A stretch of 64,000 bases of DNA, taken from Ginglymostoma cirratum. Taxonomy: Eukaryota. Below the pieces are notes generated by a model. That model did no database searches. It saw only the letters and a list, made by a program, of their open reading frames with translations, and was not told the origin of the DNA. Numbering within the stretch: the first letter of the stretch is position 1; every line of letters begins with the position of its first letter. A program made the position numbers and the translations under genes. Positions 52,243 to 64,000 of this stretch are shown here, piece by piece. The stretch covers positions 29,788,838-29,852,837 of the forward strand of contig JAHRHZ010000222.1 in NCBI GenBank assembly GCA_024137785.1. The letters run 5' to 3'.

Positions 52243-52416
52243 AAACTGCAGATGCTGTAAATCAGGAACAAAAACAAATATTGCTGGAAAGGCTCAGCAG
52301 GTCTGAAAACACCCGTGAAGGAAAATCACAGTTAATGCTTTCTCAGAACCGATATTTCTTCATAGATGCTGCCAAACCTGCTGATCTTTTCCAGTAACTT
52401 CTGTTTTTGTTCCTGA
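52243..52416. repeat. Inverted repeat of PLE pseudo-LTR sequence (~66-bp arms)
   Basis: 52262-52327 pairs imperfectly with 52351-52416 (tcaggaacaaaaaca...ctggaaa..tcagcaggt / acctgctga..tttccag..tgtttttgttcctga). Confidence 0.8.
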
Positions 52417-53347
52417 GAATGGTTACTAATATCTAGACATAGACACAATTGTATTGAAACACATTGGATGCACAGAAGTACCAGCAAGTTACATGTAAAG
52501 TGACCTGCGAGTTGACTGTTAATAGCTGAGAAAGAGGCCAGTTGTCTGATAGAACTGAGCAAATTTAGAAGCATTGGCTTTTTAGTGTGAGTTGATTAAA
52601 AAAAAAATCACCCATTAATAATGGACAACAGACATGGTCCATCAGGACCTCTATTTCACTTCCTGACGAGGAGCTAAACTATTGACATTCATGACGTGTG
52701 TGTGTGTCTCTAACCAACTGAACTATCAAAAAAGCTACTCATTTAATATCAAAGATATTGACTGATGGATCACCCTATGAATCTTTGAGTTGGGATTATT
52801 TCTCCTCAGGCTATTTTTCATTGAGTGTTTTGCTATTTCAAATCTCTCTCAAGCTTCTTATTTTTGCATTTCAGTTTTTCTCATCTCCAAACCCTGGATG
52901 TCTGAGTATTTTGCAAGCTTGCATTTGTGTCTTAGCTGGCAGAAAATAATTGGCAAGTAAATAGGATGCAATAGAACATAACACTCTAGACAAAGGACAG
53001 CATGGTAGTTACATTGGAAAGGAGTCTTAAGAGGTAATTGCTCTGGAACTGCACCCACTAAACCTTAATTTGGAGATCTGTGGCATGCAGAAATGGACAA
53101 ACTAATTTGGGAGTGGCCAATATTAGCTGAAGAAGGATGGTCTCAGCTGCTCATCAGTGTAACCATTTTCTGAGAAAATTCAACTAACTTGCTTTCCAAA
53201 TATAAAATTTGTTAGCGTCAATTTCCTGAACCTCCATAAATGGCTAATCAAAGAATATGTGCATAATTCATTAAAGGTCATAGACATGTTGAGAGAAAGG
53301 TGAATAATTTATAGAATATCCTGGGCTTTATTAACAGGGGCCTAAAG

Positions 53348-53890
53348 TTTTGCTTTATTTCAAAAGTATACCATATTCAGAAAAATCTCTTTGTATATAT
53401 ACATAATCACAAATGCAGTTCAGTTCTATACAGTTGCATATCAAGTAAACAAACAAGCCATTGGGTGTTGACCTACCCACAAAACCAAAGGGCTCTCTTA
53501 TACATACAATAGCGATACTTATATATGTTTGAGACAGTGGGAGGGCCTTATAACTGAACAGAACTCCCCATTTACTTTTGGCAGAAAGACTTCAGACAGT
53601 GGTCTTTCCCTATTCCTCCTTGGCAGCAGCTGCTCCAAGCTTTAATGTGTCTCTCAGCACATGGTCGTGGATGTTGGAATGGGCCTGTCTGCAACACACG
53701 GTCGCAGTCAACTCCTTGTTCTGGAAGACCAACATGTTTCAGGCAGATCAATGAGCATCTTTCACTGAATTGATGGTCCTCCAGGCGTAGTTGATGTTTG
53801 TCCATGTATGCGTCCCAGAGATAGACCGTAGAGCACAGAGTCCCACATCATGGAGCTGCTCGGGACGAAACTTGACAGAAACCACAGCAT
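53348..53890 (-). mobile_element. Tx1/L1-type LINE 3' fragment nested in CR1
   Basis: The minus strand translates to FLSSFVPSSS..DSVLYG..TNINYAWRTINSVKDA..RNMLVFQNKEL..CCR.AHS.I.D.VLRD.LKLGAAAAK; AATAAA near its 3' end. Confidence 0.7.
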
Positions 53891-54270
53891 CTTTTCCTGA
53901 ACTACAAGACCAAGGAAGTTATATTGAACTAGTACAAGACACTAGCTTCAATTGGAGTATTGTGCCCAGTTCTGAGCTCTGCACTTTAGAAAGGATGTGA
54001 ATGCAATTGAAGAGGGTGCACAGGAGATTTATAAGAATGAATTTAGGGATGAGGAACTTACGTTGATAGATTGGAAAAGTTAGGACTGTTCTCTTTGGAG
54101 ACTAGAAGGTTGAGAGGATATCTGAGCAAGGTATTCACAGTCATGATGTGGTCAGAGATAGGGAGTAACTATTTCCATTCATGAAAGGAACAAGGACAAG
54201 AGAGCACACATTAGCTAAAGGAGCAAAAGAAATCTGAGCAAAAAAAGCTTTCTCATGCAGCAAGTGGTTA

Positions 54271-54576
54271 TAGTTGTCATGTGGATTCAAGCCACCTTAC
54301 GAGCTTAGGTTCAAGACAGACTTCGGGGTGGTCGGGAGGGCAAAGTCAAGAAATGTCTTTGGGCTTATGGTTACATTCGGTGAGAATAATCTATCTACTT
54401 TGCATGTTCACATCCATGTACTCATGTGAGTCTTTCAGCCTAGAATGTTACAATCTGGTGCTTTTCTTCTAGAGAATGCAGTGCAGTCTGTCTGAACTCC
54501 ATCCACACTCCTCTGTTTACGATTAGTGATGTGCAGCTCCATGAGCTCTGCAAGGTTTCTTTGCCCTTACACTACA
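54271..54576. mobile_element. ~306-bp insertion (probable solo LTR) in CR1
   Basis: CR1 gtggtta|...|gttagggtctgaaatg resumes across it; gtta is duplicated (54267-54270 and 54577-54580); ends tagt...actaca. Confidence 0.5.
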
Positions 54577-54794
54577 GTTAGGGTCTGAAATGAACTGCCT
54601 GAGGGTGTGATAGCAACAAGATCAATTGAGAAATTGAAAATGATTTGGACTGTTATTTGAATAAGAAGAATGCATAGGGTAAAGTGAGAAGTTGGAGAAT
54701 GACATTAAGTGAAATGTTAATTTGGAGACCAGTTGCAATCTGATGGGCCAAAAGACCTCCTTCTGCTCTGTATTAATTCTGTGATCTGAAGTTT

Positions 54795-55550
54795 AAATGG
54801 GCAGATACATGGCGGATGAAACTGAATGCAATGAGGTATGAAGTGATGCCTTTTGGAAGGAAGGATGAGGAAAAACCACAGAGAGGGCTGTGACATGGGT
54901 TTCATGCACTTGATGCTTTGGAACTCTCAGGACAAATTGATTAGGTTGTTAAAAAGCAAGCATGCGGGATTTTGGCTTTATAAATAGGGGTATAGCAGAA
55001 AAAGCAAGAAGTTGTACCAAATTTTATAAATCACTGATTAGGTCTCCACTGGCGTATCTTATACCACACTACAAAAAAGACATGAAGGTCTTAGAGTTAG
55101 TGCAGAGGATATTTGTTAGAATGGTCCCACAACTAAGAAAATTTGGTTACATGAAGAGATAAAAGAAGCTATGATCATCCTCTCTAGTTCTGGAAATGCA
55201 AAATGGAGACTTAATAGAGGCTTTCTAAAGCATGATAGAGTCTAAAAGGGGAAACAGTTTCCAGTGAAATTAAGAACAAAGATTTAAGGTAATTGTCAAA
55301 ACGAACCAAAGGGAGATGAGAAGAATGTGTTTTTTTTAACACAATCGTTATGATCTGGAATGCCTGAAAGGTGATGGAAACAATATTAATCGTAACTTTC
55401 AAAAGGGCATTGAAACAATAGTTGAAAATATTTGCAAGGCTTGGAGGAAAGAGGAGGTGGGTAGTTCATAATTGGGTAGCTACTTTTCTATTAAAAATTG
55501 CAGGAATGATGGGTTAAGTAGCCCACTTCTATGCTGTATCATTCTACGAT
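54795..55550 (+). mobile_element. Degraded CR1 LINE 3' portion
   Basis: ORF GFINRGI.EK....FYKSLIRSPLAY..PHYKKDMKVLELVQR.F.RMVP; terminal cccacttctatgctgtatcattcta. Confidence 0.8.
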
Positions 55551-56692
55551 AATGATTATATTGCTTCAGACTGTTGCTTAACTACAGAATTCATCACTGC
55601 AACGTCTAGAAGTGGGGCCAAGAGAAATTCATGCTGTTTATCTGAAGCACTACTGGTTGTGGATATAAATGGAGTTTTGCAATGAATTCAACATGCACCT
55701 GGACTGTCTTATGTCCTAAGTAATCTAGATAAATGTATGTTATATGGAAAGGATAATTCATTTATACAATTGGCTAATTAGAGCAGTCTTATTTTTGATC
55801 CTGAAAATAACTTAATCTTTATTAGAGTTTATTGGAAGTGACTGCATTAAGCCATAATAACTTCACACTCAATCGATTGGATGAAAAAGAGTCAGGGCCC
55901 AATGATGTCATTAGACCCTATCTTTGCTTATTTATAAAAGGACCACTCAGTTTCAAATGGGTGTCCTTACTGCCTGTTGGGACAATAATAGTAAAATGGA
56001 AACTGTGAAAGGGAGGGAAGCATTTGCAGTCTCCCAAGGGATTTAATATTACCTATCTGGTTTCAGTTATTCAGAAGCTGAAGAGATTACAGCATTTACC
56101 TCGGCAGTTGCAACATTTTCCTTCTCATTTCCACCATTGCCATAACATTTCTAGTCCAATTGCTGTCTGATTATAATTATAATCCCCAAAACCTATGGGT
56201 TGGCATTGGTTGTGGGGCAAAATCTTAATAAAAAATCAAATGTGAACACTGTTTCAAACCCAGCAACTGACATGCTTGGTAATTTTTTTTAATAGTGATG
56301 AGATGGGGATGGGTTGATCAATCTGTTCTCAGGAATGGATTGATAGCATTCAAAGAGGTTTTGTGCATACACTTGGACATGCATTTCACTTTTAACTGGA
56401 AGCCGTGCAGTTAAAAAGGCGAGGGAAGGGAGGGAGGTGTAATGTAGATGTATTTATAGCACTGCTTGTTGGTCAGGGATGCTTCTCCAAGCACTACAAA
56501 CTTACCTGTAAAATTCATTGTCTACGCCCATTCCCGTAATCTGTTTGATTGCCTCAATGGCTTCTGACCTACTTATTGATCCTGACCCCCTTGTGACCAC
56601 TATGTCTCTCACTGATAATCAATTTTTCACCCCCACAAGAGCAACCATCTTGCCCAGTCCCATTGATCACATTACAAGCACATCTGCAATGT

Positions 56693-57206
56693 CCCACACG
56701 ACAGGAAAGATGTGGAAGTGTTGGAAAAAGTGCAGAGGAGATTTACCAGGATGTTGCCTGGAATGGAGGGAAGGTCTTACGAGGAAAGATTGAGAGAGTT
56801 AGGGCTTTTCTCTTTAGAATGACGAAAGATGAGAGGTGACTTGATAGAGGTGTATAAAATGATCAGAGGTATAGATAGAGTAGACAGCCAGAGACTTTTT
56901 CCTAGGGTGGAGGTAGCTTTTACGAGGGGACATAGTTTTAATGTGAAAGGAGGTAGATATTGGGGAGACGTCAGAGGTAGGTTCTTTACTCAGAGAGTGG
57001 TAGGGGCGTGGAATGCATTGCCGGAGAGGGTAGTGGAGTCAGCCTCATTAGGGGCATTTAAGCGGCCACTAAATAGGCATATGGATGATAGTATATGGTA
57101 GCGGTGGAGGTTAGATAGACCTTAGGTTTCGGGTAAAAGTTCGGCACAACATCATGGGCCGAAGGGCCTATACTGTGCTGTACTATTCTATGTTCTATGT
57201 TCTATG
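56693..57206 (+). mobile_element. Young CR1 LINE 3' end with (TTCTATG)n tail
   Basis: ORF RGDLIEVYKMIRGIDRVDSQRLFPRVE...TRGH...RFFTQRVVGAWNALPE; tail ttctatgttctatgttctatg. Confidence 0.92.
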
Positions 57207-58248
57207 ATAGCATCTATCTGCTCATCCTGTGCAGGTTTTCCACCTGACAGGCATTCAGCCTGCAAGTCTGTCAGGTAGGAGACCTGGAAAAGAATTCAAC
57301 ATTCTCTGCAGTTAAAAACAACAGGATGTTGAAGAGAACTCGTACCTCTGGCTTTCCTGTTTGTAACTCCTCCTCTGCCTCTGGGCCTCAGTAAACATTG
57401 CATTTAAAGAATTTGGAAACTTTTCACGGTAAATTTTAGTTGGAATCAAAAAATGATTTCGGTTCAGGGTTTAAGTTTTTGAATAACGTTTTCAGTCTGT
57501 GAAGTTACAAGATTCTCAACCAGAGCAATAATAGAGATGTTGTTCTTGTGTTTTCAGTCAGTGTTTCCATGTGAATTGCATTGTGGGCAATTTTGAACAT
57601 GATAAATTGCTGTAATTTGTCAGTTTGCTGGAATATGACTCATTAGTTTTAACTTGATGTAAACCCTGCAGGACAACAACATACATTATAATAAAAATAT
57701 ATTAAAGAAACGACCAAGCTCGATATATATTTTAGAGACCTTATAATACCAACTTTTCAGTAGGGCAGGTCATTTTTATGACTACCGTTCATTGAAAGAT
57801 GAGCATCCATTTAAAGATTTTAATCTTTAAATCTAGATTACCAGAAGTAAATATGCCTTTTTTAATTCAATGATTTAGATATAAAGTTAAATCTAGTTCA
57901 GGCTGTACGATATTCACTGATTTTTTGGTAATTGGGTCACACACTTCAAACACCTGTCCCTATAGTACTTGGTTCTAAACATGTTCAAAAATTCTTTCAT
58001 GCAGTATTGTAAAATGTCAGAGGATTTATCTGCAAACTACACAGAAAGAGGTTAGTTGGTTTCAAACGTGTAGCCGTACTTCTGCAAGTTGGTGTTCCAG
58101 AGAAGAAGGGAAGAACTGGAAAAAGACCTGCAGCAGATTCTCACTCTGGTGGATTGTTGACTAGCTCTGAATCCATGAAATATGATCCTTGAGTTCAGAT
58201 TTAACCAGCCACTTTTCTCATTGATAAGAGACTTCATGTCATGATTGT

Positions 58249-58330
58249 TTCTGACTAAAGGTCATCAATGTTAAACATTAATTCTTTTACTGACGCTACA
58301 GATGCTGCCTAATTTGCTATTTCTAACCCC
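58249..58330 (+). mobile_element. Tiny PLE terminal fragment with decayed hammerhead-like motif
   Basis: ttCTGActAAAGGTCATC..GttAAACaTTAAtTC followed by acagatgctgcct, the same order as the other PLE termini. Confidence 0.45.
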
Positions 58331-58671
58331 GGTTCTAGTTCAATCTGTCTTAATTCCTCTGACTATTTTTGCCATTTGTGTAATCGACTCTAGGTTATGA
58401 ATTCTTTCCAATTTTTCAGATGTGTTTGTTTAACTATTCTGTTCTAGTAAGAGGAGGCAAGTGTTAACTGAAAGTCTTAAAGATTAGCACCTAGGATCTT
58501 CAGAGGCCTTGCAGGGTCCACAGTACAAGGCTAGCCTTAAAGCTGTACAGAATCACAGCTCATGAGATATGGTCAAGAGTATATGATTGAGTGACAGTTG
58601 GAGATGCGTTTTGCTTTCCCATCCTGCTGCTGTTCCCCACATTTTTCAAAGCTCTCTCTTTGCCTATTTTT

Positions 58672-58708
58672 TCTCTCTCTCTCTCTCTCTCTCTCCCTCC
58701 CTCTCTCT
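58672..58708. repeat. (CT)n microsatellite
   Basis: tctctctctctctctctctctctccctccctctctct. Confidence 0.95.
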
Positions 58709-59149
58709 GTGGTCTGGTCTCATTCAGTTTTCATTCTCCTTCTGTTTCCCTTGTGCTTTCTCTGTGCTCTTTCCTCCTCAGTCACCTGCTTTTTCCCAAC
58801 TCCTGCTAAGGAGAGACAGACCATGCAATGAGATGCTGGCACACCTATCACATTAAAATCTACAGATAAATAGCTATTTTCTCAAAGGTATTACTAAAAC
58901 TCACTTTGCATGCAGCACTTTCCTTTCATGAGTACTGTACTGCTGGTGCTGGTGCTTGTAGCTACTCCTATCAGGAGTTCTGCTGTCATGATGTGTCATG
59001 CTTGTTTGTCTTGTGCCATTCTCACACATCCACTGTAGCTCATCTAGCCCCACACTGTGACAGCCATCAAACAACTACACCCAGGTCGAGCCTCCCTTTC
59101 TGCTGCTTTCCACTTTGCCCTCTACAAAAGACTTCTGTAGATTTACAGC

Positions 59150-60950
59150 TCTGATCAAATAGCTAAAATACTGGCTTTGTTTACTGAGAGTCACTTTTTA
59201 CAGTTAGCCTTGCTCATGCAATTTCATGTATCTCTTCATTTGCCTCATGATGTTTGGAATCTGAAATCTTTAGCATATGTTTTTGCATCTGCATTTTCTT
59301 CCAAAAATCTTTACCTATGGTCCTGATTTCTGGAGTATAGCAGAAAGTGCATAGAATGTAGCATCTTATGAGTTTTTTCCTTGTGGCCAACTTGAATTTT
59401 CTTGCTGTTGACACATCCTTCATCGTCACAAAATTACTTTTGACTACCTCTAATTTCTTCTCGCACCACATCTGCCAACTTCTGTTCTCATTTGTCCTAA
59501 TTAGACAAACCTACCTAATTAAACCAACTTACTTCCAGCTTGATACTATTCACTTCAATCTTCACTCTAGTTTCTATTAATGTATTCCTTCCAACTGCCT
59601 TTGTTTTTGTTTTTTGATGTTGTTACTCAATTCACCTTCTAAACTTCTTGATTCTATTTGATCTATGATAGTTTGTGTGGCCTCTTCTGATTCTTTCAGT
59701 CATGCTGTGTCATCAACATACATATTTGTCACGTTCTTACATTGAATTGTTGGCCCTGGATGTACATCTAATTCTCTGAATATTTGTTCTGTAATACATA
59801 TTAAACAATTTTGATGACGGTATATAGTACTATTCTTCCATTTGGAATATGACTAATTTTAGCCTGATGCTTGCAATTTAGACCCAATATAATATTTAGA
59901 CAAATCTCCCGTCTTTATTGTCAAAGTTACATTTCAACAACATGCTGACTGATTTTTGCTGATAAACATGGGCAAACATTTTTTCATAATCTATGTATTG
60001 TAGGCAAATGTTCCTGTTTACTTTAGATATTTATTTAAGATTGTTCTTAGGTAAAATATTCCCTCTCTTGTTCCTATTCAGGTCTAAATTCAGACAGTAT
60101 TTCACTAATTTCAGCTCCAAATGTGTCATTATTTCTTTCTATTATGATTTTCAAGATCACTTTAATGAGATAACTCATTAAGCTTATAGTGTTGAAATGA
60201 TTGCACTCCATTGCTTTAGGTTTCTTAGGTAACTTAACAAATAGTGGATGTCTCAAGTCACTTGGAACGCACCCTTTAGTTTATATTTGATCACAGATTT
60301 CTATTAACCCATCTAGTTCTGTTTCACCAAGGCTATTACGTGCTCTGTTGTTACTTTATTGGCCTGGAATTTTTCTTGTTCTCTTCAATTTCAAAACATA
60401 CTTTACATCAGTTATCAAAATGTTTCATCCATTGTTTGTCACCACATTGTGAGGACTTCCTCAATCTTATCCTAATCGTGAATCATAATCCCACATCAAC
60501 TATGGACATATTGAACCTTTAATTGCAATGTGATTTTTTTTTACAGGAACTTCGCCACATGGGCTTCTGACTCAGGAAGACAGTACCTCCCACTGAGCCA
60601 TGTCACAGTACCTGTGAATGTCACAATCCCCATTTGTCTGTAGTAAGCTGAACTGTTACTTTACTGTAAAGCTAGGTTATTTCCCAGTAATAAAGACACG
60701 TGTCCTCATTGTTTTTTGTTTTAGCTGTCTGTGCATTCTCCTCACCATTGCAAAAAACTGCTAAAGTTCAAGCCCATTTCTTTTTTTGATGCAGATTGCA
60801 TGGCAATGTTTTCAATCTCCCAACCATTCTCTCTGTGTCTTCACATTGATAGTGTAAACTTGGGAAGTCTCTGATCTTGGTTTGAATCAACACTGACTTG
60901 CAGAATAGTCACTCTTTCCTTTTTGTACTGAATTGCTATTAAAATGTTGT
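59150..60950 (-). mobile_element. Degraded RTE-clade LINE
   Basis: Minus-strand peptides FVKLPKKPKAMECNHFNTISLMSYLIKVILKIIIER....EI.E...FRP (RTE RT domain 1-2) and KLATRKKLIRCYIL..F.Y..E..T...MLKIS.....NEEI (RTE C-terminus). Confidence 0.75.
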
Positions 60951-62444
60951 TTATATCCACATTTATTCATTTCATGTCATATATGATCTGCCCAAAGATA
61001 GGTCTTTGGTTCACAGTCTGCTGATGTTTCATCCTAGGCTGTTTGCCACTGCCACCCATCTGTAAGGAGACAGATCCCATAGATACCTCAGCTCGAATAG
61101 AAAATCAACCCATGTCTTTGGTATTATTCTAGCCAGCTAAGCACTGCTCCCTCATTTATTTATTTAGAGACTCAAAAGTTTAGAAACTGATTATAAGCAT
61201 CTTCAACTGTAGAGATCAAAATTAAATGTTGAAAGCAGCTGTTGCTCTGCATAGGCTGTTCCACTCCTTTATTTACTGTGAGGTTGACAGCTCTTAATAA
61301 CTCACATGTGGCCTTATTGCCAATGAAAAAAACTCATGTGATTACAAAAGATTTTTGACAGTGAAACTATGGTCCACTTTTTCTTCTGTACTTTGAAATT
61401 ATATTTCATTTATGATTGTATTCCAAACATGTTAAAATCAGGCAGATAATGCTGTAACCATTGCTTCCACCTGCACCAGATTTTCAACAATTAGCTTTAA
61501 TACATTGGCACCTCATTGGTTCAACCTTCTGACTATTTGTATGATTTCACTAGCTCATTTCCAGAGGTTTTTATTACAATTTCAAAGCAGACAATGATTA
61601 TATTTTGACAGCCTTTCTATGCTGGTCTGTCACTGCCACAACATAATGCCAAGTTGAAAATTTGAAAACTTTCTCTGTACTCCCGTTGCAAGAAAGTCTT
61701 TCTCAGTCTTTGCTTAAAATATCTGCTTACACCCACCTCTAGTATACTGTGTTCTATAAATATAGAGTTGTTAAATTGAGGCACATGTAACTAACAATCA
61801 GTTGACATGTGTAGTTGTGTTTTATATTTCACATTCTCAGCCACAGCCACAGAGACTGAAATTTGACCAGAAAATAATGGACCCTGAAGAACTATCTGTT
61901 TTATAACCTCTGTACCAATACCTTAAATTCTCCTGATAAGCAAATCTCCATGTCAGAACATAAAGTTGTGGAATGTTTCCTATTTTACAATTTTATAGAA
62001 AAGTCTAGCAACTCCCAAACATTGAACGTAAGCCATTTCTTATAGATATTCCCATTATCTGCACTTACATAATAATTAGCCCTGCTGTGTAAGGGCTTTA
62101 TAACCCTGCAGCAAACTTGCAATGATGTCTCAGAGCTGCTCCTCACTGTGTACAAATAGTGTAAATTGTTGAGGAAAAGAGAGCTAAGCAGAGCTTAATG
62201 TCTATCCATCTGAACGGTAGAAATATGTGCAGAAATGGATACGGAGTTGACTAAGTTGTACAATTTATGGAATAATCTTACTACAAGGAAATAATAAGAT
62301 TACAGCCAAGTATGTCTCTGAATGCAATGTATTGCAGTATTTAGCCTTAAATGTATTAAACAATCTGTGTAAGAAGCCCAAGCTGGAGATCATTCTTGAC
62401 CTTGCTGTCTCCTTGATAAGACTGTCATGAGCCTGCTGTGATTG

Positions 62445-62671
62445 TGTAATGCTGTCAGCCAAGTGGACCTCCTAGAATATGAGTTCCCTGATTGGGACTG
62501 TTAATCCTGTCCAGTCAGGGAGCCCTGGCTGACAGATAAGAACAGGGTTGTCAGACAACCTGTTCACTCTGTGAGCTGGCTCTGAGGAAGCTGGATCATT
62601 GTCAAGGACTCTCCACACATAAATAAAGGGTGACTTAGTGACAGGATACCGGCCTCTGAGGAGTTATTTCA
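62445..62671 (+). mobile_element. 5' LTR of a Gypsy retrotransposon
   Basis: TGTAAT...TTATTTCA with internal aataaa (~62622), followed directly by PBS-like gtagcaacgag (decayed TGGCGACGAG) and pol sequence. Confidence 0.75.
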
Positions 62672-64000
62672 GTAGCAACGAGAGTGGGATTAATGATGTA
62701 ACAAAGCAAAAGCACCTAATAACTGAAGCGCATCTGGACTTCAAACAGCACTATAATGGGCTTTGTCATTGGAAATGCAGATATGGAACATATGAATTGG
62801 AGAGTATTCCAATGGAAGTGCTTGCCCTAACCAGTCTGATTGAGCTTGGGGAACACTAATTGAGTAAAGGCAATTCCATAGCCTTACTCAGGGCATATCC
62901 TGACAGAGGGACTCTAGGTCGGCCAACAGTGAAATCGCTAAACAAAGCCAAGCCTTGCATTAGGATCCGGGCCAGCAAGCCATTGTAATTGTTGCCAGTA
63001 TGTGGATGTAAGGCAGCAAAAAACTCCCTCTAAGCATGAATTGAGTAGGACAACTTATGGGCCAGTATCCAGGAGATTGCATACCCTGGAAAGTTCATCT
63101 ACATCTGGTTTGGAACAGTTAAATTGCTCAGCAATGTTCAAATCGGAACTGATCAAAATAAACGTCAGTTAAATGGCCACCCGTTTCTAATGGAGATCGA
63201 TACCGGGGCAGGCATTTCGGTGATCACAGATCCAGTCTTTATAAAATTTGCTCTGGACCTCAGATAGATTAAAACCTATACAGGGGAACCTTTACAGATT
63301 ATGGGTTTAACTTCAGTGCCGGTCTCTTATGAGAACAGCTGGTTCAGTTACTACAGATTATAGTAAAAGGCTCAGGTCCAAGCTTGATGGGCTGAAATTG
63401 GTTAAGAAAGATTCACCTTGACTGGCTCTACATTTTTTTGATTAGAAAATGGTTGCCTGAGTGAAGTGCTAATTAGATATCTGGATGATTTTAAGGAATG
63501 CCTAGGGGCTATAAAAGGAGCCCAGGCCACCTTGCATGTTGAGCAGGAAGCAGTTCCACGGCTCATCCATTGCCATTTACGTTATGGGCAAAAGTAAAGA
63601 CAGCAATCAGCTGGAAAGCGAAAGAGCCATCAAACCAGTCCAGTTTGTGGAATGGGCAGCGCTGGTTGTACTGATTATGAAGCCCAATGGGTCAGTTCAC
63701 ATTTGTGGGGATTTTAAACAAATGGTAAACCACAGCTTGCAGCTGGATAAATATCCAATCACTTGCAGAGAGATCTTATATGCAAAGCGGGCTGAGGGTG
63801 AGCTGTCCTTAATGAAGCTGGACAAGAGCCATGCTTATTTGCAATTGCAGTTAGATGAGAATTCCCAGGTAATGCTACAATTAATTCTGATGAGTTTTTG
63901 TACCAATATATGAGACTGCCATTTGGGCTATCATCAGCCTGTGCAACTTTTCAGCCGACAATGGAGAGCATCTTACAAGGTCTACCCCAGGTCACCATTT
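62672..64000 (+). mobile_element. Gypsy internal region (deleted gag, protease, RT), pseudogenised, runs off the window end
   Basis: Protease MEIDTGAGISVI at 63190-63225; RT IKPVQFVEWAA.VV..KPNGSVHICGDFK..VN...YPI, KLD.SHAYLQ and RLPFGLSSACATFQ.TMESIL. Confidence 0.88.

Larger units (their letters stand above)
53270..54790 (+). mobile_element. Degraded CR1 fragment carrying two nested insertions
   Basis: ctgggctttattaacagggg | ... | tacaagaccaaggaagttat...gagtattgtgcccagttctg..ttagaaaggatgtg...; 3' end gatgggccaaaagacctccttctgctctgt. Confidence 0.7.

Overview
Eukaryotic, AT-rich vertebrate genomic DNA. The SINE, CR1 and Penelope families present point to a cartilaginous fish (shark). The only intact host gene is the large terminal coding exon of teashirt homolog 3 (TSHZ3; + strand, 5588-8802). 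It is preceded by the end of its long intron, with exon 1 lying upstream of the window, and followed by a 3' UTR. The remaining ~54 kb is gene desert. It holds decayed CR1-type, RTE and Tx1 LINE fragments, at least five tRNA-derived SINE families (HE1-like, DeuSINE-like and others), Gypsy LTR remnants and solo LTRs, several Penelope-like element (PLE) pieces, and a few TE-free blocks that look like conserved non-coding elements. Notable items: (1) hammerhead-ribozyme-like motifs at PLE ends, including a 2.2-kb PLE with a 12-bp TSD and a ~380-bp rearranged mini-PLE that resembles a retrozyme unit; (2) a SINE family sharing its 3' tail with a LINE, with one copy nested inside that LINE; (3) a CpG- and TGACA-rich block inside the TSHZ3 CDS that may carry a second, regulatory code; (4) a tandem trimer of tRNA-head units. 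I found no convincing novel protein-coding system. Repeat family names come from recalled consensus features, not from database searches.
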